Assembly: GCA_965644265.1 (NCBI GenBank)
Contig: OZ286467.1
Span: 18,538,001-18,602,000 of the forward strand
Direction of reading: 5' to 3'
From: Glycera tridactyla
Lineage: Eukaryota
DNA length: 64,000 bases
In this document: positions 13,343 to 26,691 of the stretch, piece after piece
Numbering within the stretch: position 1 is the first letter of the stretch
Layout of the letters: each line of letters starts with the position of its first letter
The notes under the pieces: model-generated
The model's database searches: none
The model's input: the letters and a program-made list of their open reading frames with translations, nothing else
What the model was told of the DNA's origin: nothing
Program-made: the position numbers and the translations under genes

Positions 13343-14579
13343 TTTCTTTGAGCAGCATGGACACACGTGTTACAGTCCGTCGTCTAGTCGCCATACCATC
13401 ACTCAGCAGCAGAGAACATCTCCCAGAATAGGAGTGCTGCTCTCTGCGCCTCGGTTAGACATCTCATATTTCTTTTTTATCACCCATCTGCACAACACAC
13501 GTGCCAGAAGTAACTTCCCTGACCCTTTTCGATTCAGGGCGTGGCCATTTTCACCCTATTGCAAGATGCTTCAGCCTGTTATCGACCAGTAGTTTCACCG
13601 AGAATGTGATAGACGGCAAGAGTGAATATTTCAGATTCCTGATTTTCTAATCATCCTCTTGGGCACTATCGAGTTCGAAGAGGCTTCAGCATTCGAATGC
13701 CCACCCGCTCGCTATATTTTGACCTTTGAATGGACATGCATAAGTCATCGTCCTAGAATTGTATCCCAAGTGTGCTTAAATCAATCGAAATAGAAGGAGT
13801 GACATGATTGTAACCCAATCTTGTGAGGTATAAAAAAGATACAGTAGTGAAACCGTTATCATTAACATGAATGAACGATCTCTTGGAAAACTGCCGAAGA
13901 ATGAATATGGCTGCCATTACATTAGATTAGTATGGAGATATTCCAATCAGTGGAGGTTGTAGTTCAGTTGACCTCGTTCCCCCCAGCAGAATCAGCTGCC
14001 AAAATACATCATGGATCACTTCACTCTTCAGGGAAACACAAAACATCTCAAGTAGATTGCCATACACCTTGCACGAGGACAGGCTCGACATTGCGAAAGT
14101 CGTGAAATCAACTCGTTCACGGGGTGAGTTACGAACATGCTGAAAGCATTTGACAATGTCATGTTGAAAGTTTCAGTGGACATGATATCACAAATAAGGG
14201 GAAAGAAATGCAAACAACCATATACAGGGAAAAAAAGAAAAAAGAAATAGAGTAAAAGTAAATTTGAGACAAAGGATGGACCTCATACGGTAGTCAAAGT
14301 AGCCTGGATAGTACAAAAAGTCTTCCCCTACCCCAAAACTGTGTGCACCTATACGTGAAGCCAGGATAGTCGCAGTATTCAGAGGAAGGAGATATTTATA
14401 TCTTATACCCTGTTGTGAGAATCTCATACTGCTACACATAGCTGACATGGATAAGATTTGATTCATCAGCTGAAATCAATAAAATAAAAAATGGAAACAA
14501 TAGAGACAGGAGAACACCTGAGGTATACCGATATGTATTTAATCTGCATCAGATAGAACACGTCCATCACCTCTGTATT

Positions 14580-14900
14580 TGTCATTTGAGATACTGTTTG
14601 ATTCTCTCTTCAAAGACGGCTACACTTGCACTGGTCTGGACTGGTTGTGGTAGACTGTTTCATAGTTTAGCACCCTGCACATATATACTATTTGCAGCAA
14701 AAATCGTGCGGTTGTGTCTAATATTACCATCATTTCGAAGAGACTGTCTTGTGAATCTCGTAGAGATCTCAGATCTGAGATGAAGGTCATGTGCTGTACT
14801 TCGAATGTTCAGATTTGTTGCGACAAGACTCCTTGTCATCTTGTACATTTCGACCGCTGTATGACGGTTGCGAAGTTGTTCCAGATATGGAAACTGAAGT
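14580..14900 (-). mobile_element. CR1/L2-group LINE 3' coding fragment
   Basis: LQFPYLEQLRNRHTAVEMYKM..NSIYVQGAKL*NSLPQPVQTSASVAVFEERIKQYL, the same C-terminal motif as the two large ORF2s. Confidence 0.8.
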
Positions 14901-15372
14901 GCTGTGTGGAAGTCCGTTGCAGATGGATTCTGCCAATTTTGCCAGTCCATCTTCCTGTCCTTCTTGCAGTTCCTCCATTCGTCTAGCCAATTGATTGCTA
15001 TTCGATTCCTTCTATTCATGTATTGTCCATCAATCAATCAGTCCGTCAATTCACCAAATCAATCAAATTACTCATTTATCTTACTACGCAGGCACTTGTG
15101 AACTTTTCTCCACCAAGTAGGATACAGAAAAAAAAACTGCCTTCCAGACATTCGCTGGCCAATCTCGAGCTCCATAATCATCAGATTGACGCGAGAAGCC
15201 GATTTAGTTCTGATAAAAATGTTTCATCAATTGGCACGCTCAAGCTATCCACCTGCTCCTATTCTTTTTACTCAATCATAATAAAAGTAGCATGTTCTCG
15301 TAAGGTTCAATTGTTGTAGATATTCTCATGCTGAAGTCTCGTTTCTACCATCCATAATATCACTGGAATGCA

Positions 15373-15517
15373 GCCTGCCTTGGTGGCTCAGTGGTAGCAT
15401 ATAGGGCCGACGTGCAATGGGTTTCACCCCTCATCTTCGATCCTGCTTTGCAGGGGGTCTGATATAGCTCACTCAAGTGCAGATAGTGGACCTAAAACCT
15501 CAACATTCCCATTTCTT
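15373..15517 (+). mobile_element. SINE family A copy with an internal deletion removing the B-box
   Basis: A-box TGGCTCAGTGGTAG; shares CTCAAGTGCAGA.AGTGGACCTAAAACCTCAACATT with the 13166 copy. Flanked by CACTGG(A/G)ATGC at 15361 and 15518. Confidence 0.82.
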
Positions 15518-16629
15518 CACTGGGATGCCATTACGGATTAGGATCATGTTCTTTTGAATCCCTCCATCTCGTATTACACGCGATTTTAATGGTCTGGAGA
15601 GCTCCTAATGCGCTCATCAAGCGCGATGTTCGAGTTCGCATCATCTTGTCCATTATTTTATAGTAGGAAGGTGCATTTAGATTTGAATGTGGTGGTTTAT
15701 TGTCGGGTATCCTTGGCAAGTCCACCCGACTTTACAAATACATTCCTCGGCAGGCCTATTCAAGCTTGAGCCTTCCTCATCCCCCCGGGGAGTGCACAAC
15801 CACAGATATAGAGTTAACTGCATAAGCTCAGCACTCTACAATCACCATCACTGCCTGTATGCCGAGAACCAATTCATATCTGGGTGAAGTGAAGTGGTGG
15901 AGTACGGAGGTTCTACTCAGTTACCTCCACACAGAAGTGCCCCCTTGATGAGTACCACAAATCATACAAATCTATGTGATGGTGCAGGTCCGGTATGAAA
16001 TGGTGAACCTTCTCCATGTTGGTCACCCAACCAAGGAGGAGCCCTGCTCACTTATGTAAACAGCGGTGCTCGGTGTCCGCCCCTACCTCGCCACCTGAAC
16101 CTCAAACAATCACATCAAGAAGCATACGAAGCCTGACGAAAAGGGTCAAGGGATGGATACAGACGAGGCTGATAGAGAATGTCGTGCGTTATCTCATACA
16201 TAGTTCCTCTTTTATCACAGATCCATTGTCGTAACGCGAGCAGACAATCCCAATGGATTTCTTCAGAAGTCTCTCTCGGCATATCCCTCAGGTTAGCGGG
16301 ATATTCGAGATATTTGTTCAAACAGCGGGTCGCTTGTTGAACGCCTAGGCATGTAATGTGTGCCCGGGGCTACTGGAATTTGATAGTCTGTATATGCCTG
16401 ATTCTGCCAGTATTAGTCGCGATGAGTGGATTGATGGCTAGCACCTGGGATGGGCGTCGGTGCATTAGTGTCCAGGTACACTGACAAAAACAGAAGATTT
16501 ATAGCGAACGCTCCATCATCTTCTATCACTATAAATCCACAAGCCTTCATCTCACATCTTGCATGCTCGTCCTGTATCCCCTGTTGTTACGAGGATTGTA
16601 AAAATGGTCATCTCTTCAACAGCTAGTCG

Positions 16630-16795
16630 GGGTGGCAACACTTTCGATCCTACACCAAGCAAAATCCCGATTTAACCAGATGAGACTCTTCTGTTTGGGA
16701 GTCAGAAGTTTGAAATCATCCCACTTATGCCCAGTGCATGGGCGTCACAATATAGCACAAATGAAGCTGACGTGACGTTGAACCAGGACTAATCA
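16630..16795 (+). mobile_element. SINE-like family B copy
   Basis: Similar to 44256-44345 over about 90 bp. Degenerate B-box-like CTTTCGATCC near 16641. Confidence 0.7.
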
Positions 16796-17439
16796 ACTTA
16801 TTCAACCATGGTGGTCAGGTTCGTGGACTCTCTCACCATGATCTTATTATGATTCTGAAAAAAAAAGTATATTCCTATCTTTGGTCACTGGGAGTCGGTT
16901 GCTCGTTCTAAGGAGATAAAATGATCAGTGATATGTATCTCATCATGATTATATGCTCGGGTTCACGAACAGATATTCTTTGAATTGACATTCGTCACAT
17001 ATCCGATCTGAAGTGGAGAGACCGAAAAATTCCTCTCTGTTAAATTCAAGTATTCCATATGCTTCTTTATATGAATGTTGAAAGTACCCGACCCCTCACC
17101 CATATCAGGATGTAAAAGGGGCTTGCTGATACTTTTCTTGAAATCCGAAGATACTGTGAGCAATGTTACCAATTATCAGAGCAACTGCATCTCCTGATTA
17201 GGTGTAGCTTCGAAATTATCTTGTTCCGGATAAAAACCTGCTGCTCTTGAACCAACAAGCCCATTACGCAAAACCCGAGCTCGTATAATGTCTAGTTTAA
17301 CTACATTTACTGATGGAGCCTAGACACAAAATCATCTTGTTTCGATTGAAAAACCTGCTGCCTTGTGACGTAAGATCGTGTGTTGCAACTTTATCATGAC
17401 CATTTCGCTCTTCATCGCCATCCCAACCATCTCCATGGC

Positions 17440-17486
<47 letters not shown>

Positions 17487-17495
17487 CCATCATTA
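17440..17495. repeat. (CAT)n microsatellite
   Basis: Direct reading; a poly-C run follows at about 17628-17646. Confidence 0.95.
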
Positions 17496-19069
17496 ACGCC
17501 ATCATTTTGATCGGAAGTGATAACCTCATCTTCCAAGATGTTGCCCGAATTTCAAGTTGCGGATGGACTAATGTATCCACCATCATCAACATCATCGCCA
17601 TCGTCGTGCTTCCCTATGTCGTCCTCCTCCCCCCCCCCCCCCCCCCCTCCTATTCGTCGTCTTCGTCGTCGTTGTTGCTGTCATCGTCATGCTGTTTCAA
17701 CTAGAATTCAAATCATCATCATTCTGATTGATAATTGTGCGGACATTCATGTACATATACACGTAGTCATCACTGTGATCACTCACAGGGCGTTTAGAGA
17801 AAGGAAGTTGTTCCAATCACGTTGGGAAGTTGAAAACTTTGTGATCTCCATGATCAGAGCATTGCTGCCACATGACTCGTTTTTATCAGGATGCTCGAGA
17901 ACCGATTTAAGAGAGACTTAGTTGTTGATTAGGCTACTAATTGGGAGTGGTGGTTAGATGAGGTAAACCCTTGTATTCTATTATCTCCGGATTCTCCTCA
18001 TACTCCAGTGAGGTCAGGAAGCTAATTTATCATGGTCCTCAGCCATGAGTTCACAGCGAGAAGCTCGATGTTCAGTACGAAAGTGTTATGATTGTCTAGG
18101 ATATGACTTGAGTCGTAAATACATTCGACATGAGTGTTCATGTAGATAATCAGCAATGTCTGTACTTGCATGACTATTGTTTTTCATCTTTGTGCAGTCA
18201 GAACGTAATGCAGGGTCATCTAGCATTGCAATCATACTGATAGGTATTGGCAAGAAGAGTTTCCAATTCGAAGCCCAATCTGATATGGTAAGGTTGTTGT
18301 CCAAGATAAACTTGGTTGTGTGCAACCGTTATTCCGGGTAATTTCCGAATCGCTTCCCTGACACCTCCGCTCTATTGACGATCATGTCAGTTCCCCCAGC
18401 AATGTCCAATATTCTGTTGACAACTGGATCGACTGCTAAAAACAATTAAAGTAAATAAACCATTTTATCTACATCATGATCGGCTTGGGGAAACATGTGA
18501 CAGAGTACGAATCGAAAGAGAGTATCATTTCAGAATAGCATCTACCTTTGAGTAATAGGCAACTGATTTTGGACATTCTGTTGTATTCGGCAGCGTTGGT
18601 CTTCCTGTGTGAATAATGTCATCACTGCAAACCGGTAGGTCAAAGTACAGAATTCACCGAAAGAACACAGACTGCATGAACACATTGAGCAACTTCAATA
18701 CCTACTCGTTATCACTAAATACAAGCTAGCTTTAGGATACATTTTATATATTTTCAACATAAAAAAAGTTGTGATATTTCGCTGGGTGTTGTGCTCGAAT
18801 TGTTCCTCCGCCGGCGTTCCGTCTTGCCGGGTGTTTTGTGGGAGATATTGGCCATGACGAGGTGACTAATCCAATACATTTCTCCCTCGCTTATGCAAGT
18901 AGCGAGAAATAAGCTAATTAGCAGGGTCGAGAACGGGTATGATTGTCCATCTGATGACATCTAGCAACATGATAACCCATTGAATGACGAGATTCGAGAC
19001 GATGATATGCAGTGGAATTCACGCCTCATCCTTTTGTCCTGTGCGAGTATTAGGATCGTGGTCTGGCTG

Positions 19070-19341
19070 GTCCTACGTAGGAGATAGTAAGTCCTACGTA
19101 GGAGATAGTAAGTCCTACGTACGTGATAATAAGTCCTACGTAGGAGATAATTAAGTCCTACGTAGGAGATAGTAAGTCCTACGTAGGAGATAGTAAGTCC
19201 TACGTAGGAGATAGTGAGTCCTACGTAGGAGATAGTAAGTCCTACGTAGGAGATAGTAAGTCCTACGTAGGAGATAATTAAGTCCTACGTAGGAGATAGT
19301 AAGTCCTACGTAGGAGATAGTAAGTCCTACGTAGGAGATAA
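19070..19341. repeat. Minisatellite, 13 copies of a 21/22-bp unit GTCCTACGTAGGAGATAGTAA
   Basis: Units start at 19070, 19091, 19112, 19133, 19155, 19176, 19197, 19218, 19239, 19260, 19282, 19303 and 19324. All but the third unit contain the palindrome CCTACGTAGG. Confidence 0.97.
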
Positions 19342-22300
19342 AAAGTTTTCTCACTTCTTCAATTTGGCACTTCAACGCTTCCATAGTGTTCTACTCAGCA
19401 CAATGGAGAGTCAAGAAGAGGAACAAGTAGACAATGCCCACTTAACATGGCTAGCGGGTACAGCCGTCCGATGAGGGAAATTACGAAGGAAATTGTCAAT
19501 TAGCCCCGCACAACACTTCTTGCCTTGAATATTCGCTGCAGGTCAAACCGGCACATCCAATCTGCTGAGCGGAAACACCTACATTATCCAGAAACTTCCA
19601 GGATGGCTGCTCGACAGTATTCCTTGCTCAACGTCGACTTCCAATGCCTGAATGTGAAGTTGACAGTTTTAGTGTCACTATATCGGAAGTGAAAAGGTCG
19701 AACTCTATGCCATCTGTCTAATAGGTATTGTATTGGAAAGTTAAGAGAGAACAAGAAGCTTGGATGATGAGTGGAATCAAACGGGTGGTTTGTATATAGA
19801 TAGGGTTAGGGCTGAGTGGCTGTCAATCGAGGGCTGAGTAGTCGATTCTTTCTGAAAACAAAATGGACAAGATAACCGAAACAGATTTGTCGAAATTATA
19901 TTTCAATAAGTTGGCTTGTCATTATGACATGCTCAAATGCACTAAAAAGGTATGAAGGATCTGTGTATTATTGATTATTCATAGGATATTCTGAAAATGA
20001 TTGGACAGCCATGTGAATATCCACACGCTCGTACATCTTGTGAGTTACATGTGAACACATAATAATATAATACAGTAGGCCAGCAAAGGCTGTGGACACC
20101 GTTTATTCACAGCAAGAGTAGCCAGGTCAATATACAAGCTATGCAGAATGTCCTAATGCCCTGAAGCCACTTTGTAGGTGCCGAGCCGCTGTAGTCCCCA
20201 CTTTGAAGATGTCAAGCCTGTTATAAGCCAGTTCATACCTGACTGAATAGCAAACATCCAATTACACCACTTCTCCTGATGTCAATGATGATAACATTAT
20301 TGATGGTATCGCTAAACAGTGCAGCAAGCCAGGATCGCTAGGAGGATTGAAAAGGGGTCGGTATGAGTGATAGGCTCAAGCCCACTACATCACAGTCGAC
20401 TCCCCCAAGTGTACTGTTTACAGCGAGTTTTCCAGTGTAGTATGAAACGGATTCAGGCCTTCGTCACCCTAAGATCGGATACGAGTGTGAAGCCGTTTCA
20501 CTAGTATTTATGTTCGCATCCTGAGGTTTGAAGCTCTCCGAAATATGGTGAGATATTGGTGAAGGTCTCCCAATACCACTGCCTTCTGAGTAATCCTATC
20601 CGTTTTACTGCCTTCGAGGATTAATTGAAATGAGGCATGAAATGATTAAACACGAAATGTGACAAACCCCCATGAGCGGTGGTCCTGCTCCTGCCACTGT
20701 TGAGGCTCAATGATATTTCAGTGAACTATGGCCAACCATCGACTCAAGCCTACATCCATATTTCTCGTGATATCTGAATAAAGTCCTATTCCATGAAACA
20801 GTGTTGGTTGTTCTCATTTAACCAGCGTGTAACAACACGATGGATAGTGCATGTTTTGTCTTCTAAATGCATGAGTGCTTTATGCCCTGTCCCCTACTTG
20901 AATCACTCTTAGTCAACAAAATACAATATGAACAGCAAATTAGAATGGTTGGCAAGTAGGAGCAGACAATTACGACACACCTCTACCAGCACTTGAATGA
21001 TTCAGATCTCTCAGATGAAGCTATGGTCCATTTTGCAGTGGGAAGTTTAATCTCGATGCTGAGCTGCGGTCACTTTTTGTAGCCCAATCATTGATTCAGG
21101 ATCAAGAATCCAAGTTCAAGACAGGTATTGAAATCAGACTTCTGGCCTGGTGGCAGGTAGTTCATGTCTGTTCCTATGTTTCGAGCTCAACACTGAGGGG
21201 GGAGGGGCACTGACATGAGGTCTACATTTCCATGTCGCTATAAGTTCACTTCATACTGGCAATCGGTCCTCACAAGCCCCTCATGATTACCTATCAACAG
21301 CGGCACTTATGATTATACGAAGTTGCTTGCAATGCACGGCAACAAACGCATCATCTGCCAAAACCTTTTGTGAACAATCTGAAGATAATGGCAACGAAAT
21401 ATGAACAATATCGGTTGGTCAGAATTTGTGAATCACCGCGAAATCATGCAAGGATTCAGCATTCACATGAGTATATCTCCAAGAAGACCATGGATCACTT
21501 AGTTAAGAATCAGATCTTTGCGAATTTCTGATCGATGTCTGTACTGAAAGGTCACGGGGCTATTACCTGAAATCCGATTTAATCCAACGTTATGAAGATA
21601 ACTGGCGACAATTCTCACCAACAATTCAACCTTTCCTAATTAAATCTGAACTTCTGGAATTGAGATAAGAGAATCTCCAATTAAATGTTGATCCCCGTCT
21701 GAAAAAGGAAACTCATTTGATTGAAAATATCCATTTCTTTCGAGGTACGTTCTCGATTTGTGCAATGTTATTCTGGCAAATGCCTTAATTCCATGAAGGT
21801 TTCAAAAGATTTGAGATCGACGAATTATGTGCGCGAAAACTGGGTTGTGAGATCCTTGGCAGTGAAATGACCCTTGTTCTTGTTGCCTGGGGCGCCTGGA
21901 AACACAAAACGAAACAATAATGAAGAGAGACTAGTGGAATGAATAATACATGCCAGCCCAGCAGTCATTCTCATTAGTCAATGACGAGACAAATGCGTCG
22001 AGTGCTGAACTCAATGTGCTGAGTTGAGAAATCACCCTTTTAGATCATTCATTTGCACACAATCATCATTGTGCTATTCTTCTTGGTTAAATCTGCATGA
22101 ATGACAATACATTCCAAGAGTTATCTGATATCCTATTGCTTCTTCTCTTAGACAATGATAGCCGTCCAGGGCTATTCTGCAGGTGCTTCCAGTTGATGAT
22201 ATATGAATGTGTCTTCATGCATCCATTTGCATCCATTTGCAGGATGTCCCTGATCGCTGATCTTCTGAACAAATGTTTCCAAGTAAAACATCGCTGTGGA

Positions 22301-24788
22301 AATGGATGACACCATTCCCCACTAACAACTAAAGAAGTCATGGTTTTCCTGGAAACGCGACCAGTCCTGAATAAAATTCCATACAAGGCAAGGTATCATA
22401 CCAGCAGCTGCTGTTGATACATCGATACGAAGAGGATCTTCCGTCAGTGAATACATGGCTCAAGTTGTTTCTCCCCGTTCATTTCCCGCTCTCTTCCTGG
22501 TTCAGAAATACCTGTTTGATTTCACTTATCAATTGAAGTGTTATTTCGTTTCTGAACAAAAACGTGGTAGGCAATAAGGGGATATCCATACGGCCTTACA
22601 AGTAGCATGAAGAAACAGTAACCGACATTCCCATCAAATATTCTGAAGTATCTACTCACGCCATGCAGTTCAATTTGACCTCTTGCAATTTCTGATTGTG
22701 TAGGTGTCTTCGCAGATCAAGCACAGGGATAAAACGAAATAGATGAGATCATTTTATTTATATGCTATCGCCACAGTGTGATAAATATATTTTCGGGCTC
22801 AACCTACATTGACATTATCACCGCCAAATTACAAACAGATACTCCCGAATTGTCATTGTAAGTCCAGTTGCCATCCCACCTACATGCATGTATGGAGGGT
22901 TAGCGCACGACATATAACACCAGAAAAGCGGTTCGGGGGAACTCCCGAAGCGACGTTACTAGCATGAGACTTAACGCAGAGACTCAGCACATGAATCACT
23001 CTGCTGACAGCTGGGCCAAATAGGCAGCATCAGTCGATCCGATATCCTGCCAGGATTATCGTATTTGGTTAAAGTCTTTGTTTACCAGTTGATGTATAGG
23101 ACTAGAAACAATTCAAATGCATAATGCATGTCAGTCCGGCGGACATTCTCTTTAGTCATTGGTGAGTTAAACACATTGGCTACATACATTAGGATGCCGT
23201 CAGCCTCAAGCGAGTGGATTTCTATTCTCCACTATGAGGGTGTTATATTTTCACGTACAGCAAGCCGAGAACGAAACCAAATGTACTGATGCAACATGTG
23301 ACCCTGTGGCATTTTCTTGAAGTATTTTCCGGTTGAGTAGGATATAATCCTCAAGGTACTTTCGACTTCAATATACTCAATAGCAATATTTCATGCATGA
23401 GTTGAGATCCATATGAATGATTGTCTTTTGAATCTCCTCCCACTACAAAACTATGCATCTTATGTTGAGGAGACAAGCTCTCATCTGAATACTAGGGAAG
23501 CAGGTCTCGTGAGGATCTTTGCTAGTATTCAATGTCATATCATTCTCGAATGTGCCAATATCACCCAATCCTTTTTCGAAGGCTATCTTCCACTCTTGTG
23601 ATAGATCCAGTAGTGAGTAAAAACCACCTCTTTCATAGATGGCAATTTCAGATGACGTTTCCTGGTGAATTAGCTAGAATGATTGATCTCTTGTGTCAGG
23701 AAATCGATTATCTGATTCGGTTAAACTAATCATTGACGTAATATAACACGTCATCACCCAAGAGCGCATGAACCTCATTCGATTCATCCTTGTACCAAGG
23801 CTCATGCATGTTATTGGCATGAGCATTAGCCATATATTCACTCATGTACATATGAGCCACACATTCTACTCTTCGAGAAAGACAGCCTAGCCGTATATAA
23901 GGGACAGGGCGGATCCTCGCCCACATCTTGAGGTATCATTGCTTGAGGCAAGAGTGAGTGTTTTCCTCTCTACCTTTATTCATGTTACACAATTCAACAG
24001 AATGTCCAAAATGTGAAGGCACATGTCATCTTCCAAGAATCTTAGCTGTCTGAATAGTTTCTGATATATAGTCATTGCAATAATTACGAGAAATATCGAT
24101 GAATTCCCACGTAATTTTGTAGGGATCGGCACCTTATCACGATATTGCTTGTATTTGGATGAAGAGCATGTCTGAGATATAACTCCCAACAAGCTCCAAA
24201 AAGGCCGTCGAACCTTTCAGTAACTACTAACAGCAAGCAATTGCATTCTTCTAGTCTGGTGGTTGGTGCTTTCTATTGATATGAAAAAGAGCTTGGCACA
24301 GTCGACGGAGACTGTGCTTCTTTCACTAGCTTTCAAAGGTGGTTGAAATCCATCAGAAGGGCCTCAACACCTTCTCCGCCTGTGGCCATAACTCTGTCCC
24401 TGGGAGTATGACTCGCAAACCCTGAACAAAAGATAGTACTTCGCCTCTTAGAAAAAGGCCAACGAGAGTCCGTTCTTCATATGTGAAAGCTTGACAACTG
24501 GGCAAACTGGGACAGTTCTCCCTGTGACATGCTTCTTGGAATTCGTGTAATAGGTAGTCCAGTTGATGGTAGGGGTGATAAGGCCAATTTTAATAACGAG
24601 CGAAATATAACACGTGGACCAGCTACCTGTGTGGCGGCTAATCAGGATTAGAGCGGGGTGCTCAGAAGCCAATTATCATTTGGAGGAGTTAACTCAGCTC
24701 CTGTGGGAAGTCGGAAGGCTATTCGTCCCTTCTCAATGTCATGATCAAGATCAGGGACTAATCATTTCTAACTCATAGCCTGATGATG

Positions 24789-24868
<80 letters not shown>
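24789..24868. repeat. (CAT)n microsatellite
   Basis: Direct reading; source of the poly-His ORF. Confidence 0.97.
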
Positions 24869-24869
<1 letters not shown>

Positions 24870-25899
24870 TACGTCGTGTCTGAGGGCAGTTCTGTTGTGG
24901 CAGATCCTCCAGTAGCACGGATGATGCAAAATGTGATATTCAGCAAATATGGACTGCTGAATAAATTACATCAGTTTGGTGTAGATCATTTCCTATCAAG
25001 CTGATTCTCTGAGTTGGAGAATAATGACAAAACTGATGGCGAAGTTGGTCACTCCGATCATTTTGAACCACTCATGAGCTCATTGATGGTTATATTTTTT
25101 ACATTGTCTCATGGTTTGTTAGGTTTTCGCATTATGTTACCTCACCTTTCTATAGGAGATATCTCACCTATGTGTCAAACTATCAACGTCAAGGAGAATA
25201 TAGAAAAAAGCTTAGCATGTGTGGTCGCCGTATGATACCATCATTTTTCGGTCTCAATTAGTCACCTAGAACTGGTGTGACCTGAACCGTTCGATATTCT
25301 CCCCGGGATGAATGCTCAGTATCATATTGATCTGCTCGAATATAAACGCTGCTTCTCAGTTTCACGTTACCTCATGATCAACCCTTTTAGTCTCTGAATA
25401 ATGTGCACTTAACTATTCACATAAGCTACGGCGACCAAACATGACTTTGAGTGAGGAAGTCTGACCTGATTCGCTACCTGCCGTTGGGGATATGGCATGG
25501 ATCAAGGTGCTAGAATGTCAATGGTATCCGACATCATATATGGAGCGCATGCCAGGGAATCTCGACAAATACATCTGACATACGCAGGATATGTCCCACA
25601 GGAGCAAAATGGTGACATAGTCATATCTAACAAAGGGATCGATGGCATTTGGTTTGCATGCTCATCCATACTGCAGGTCATACTTTATTGTCAGGGATGT
25701 GAGGAAATTTCAGGAGAACAAGCCGGCCTTCGTTCTCAGTATCACCTTTGTGAGCCATGGATTGTAATATTTTCTGGACAGATGATGCAGCCCACATATC
25801 AGTCATGTTTCATTCTGAACAGTCGTGCGATTTCTTACTCAAACGGCAGTAGTGCCCAGACATGCATTGCCAAGAATACGCATGGCACACAAAACACAT

Positions 25900-25900
<1 letters not shown>

Positions 25901-25944
<44 letters not shown>
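25901..25944. repeat. (CA)n microsatellite
   Basis: Direct reading. Confidence 0.95.
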
Positions 25945-25948
<4 letters not shown>

Positions 25949-25991
25949 GCTACTGACGTCGACGCGCATTCGTTCACACGCATCGACCCCT

Positions 25992-26120
25992 NNNNNNNNN
26001 NNNNNNNNNNNNNNNNNNNNNNNNNNNNNNNNNNNNNNNNNNNNNNNNNNNNNNNNNNNNNNNNNNNNNNNNNNNNNNNNNNNNNNNNNNNNNNNNNNNN
26101 NNNNNNNNNNNNNNNNNNNN
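25992..26120. other. Assembly gap (N run)
   Basis: 129 N. Confidence 1.
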
Positions 26121-26617
26121 AGCGAACCGATTGGGGGTGATACTTAAGTACAGGAACTGTGGAATGCGAGACTTCTGTAGAATCTTCACACAGGCTTTAT
26201 TGGTCACTCAGCACATATATGACAGTGGTATGTGCTCAACAAGAGTGCCAGCCAACAAGTGACTGGAAAACTTAACTACATATCTAATTAACAATATTCA
26301 CATGATCCATGAATTACAGGCTTCCACCCCCCATAAGGGTGGTAATGGTTGGGTCAACTAATTGTGGAGACAGGTGAACTCACCAGGTGGCAGATAAGCC
26401 TTCTTAATCACACTTGGGTTTGTCTTTGTGCCAGCTGATTTTGTTTATCCCTCAGATGTATGTCAATGCACCTGTCTGATAAATTCAAAATACATCTGTC
26501 GTGATTGAACATCGGATAAAGACATGTTTCATATGGGGGCCTGTGCAGGGTTCACTACTGTTCCACTGATACGACCCTAATAGTACTGTGTGATGTCGCA
26601 CTCTCGTTATTTACGGC

Positions 26618-26689
<72 letters not shown>
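26618..26689. repeat. (CT)n(CA)n microsatellite
   Basis: Direct reading. Confidence 0.96.

Positions 26690-26691
<2 letters not shown>

Noticed and set aside
19070-19341. CRISPR array
   Set aside because: Units are contiguous with no unique spacers, there are no cas genes, and the context is eukaryotic.
24783-25004. Poly-His ORF, and the similar poly-Asp/Met/Ile, HT-repeat and ER-rich ORFs at 6645, 7360, 11067, 17297-17704, 25862, 26590, 52350 and 54261
   Set aside because: These are translations of microsatellites or low-complexity DNA with no domain motifs.
25497-26147. 216-aa ORF; likewise the long ORFs at 8027 and 37341-38055
   Set aside because: Their length is an artefact of running through N gaps and microsatellites.
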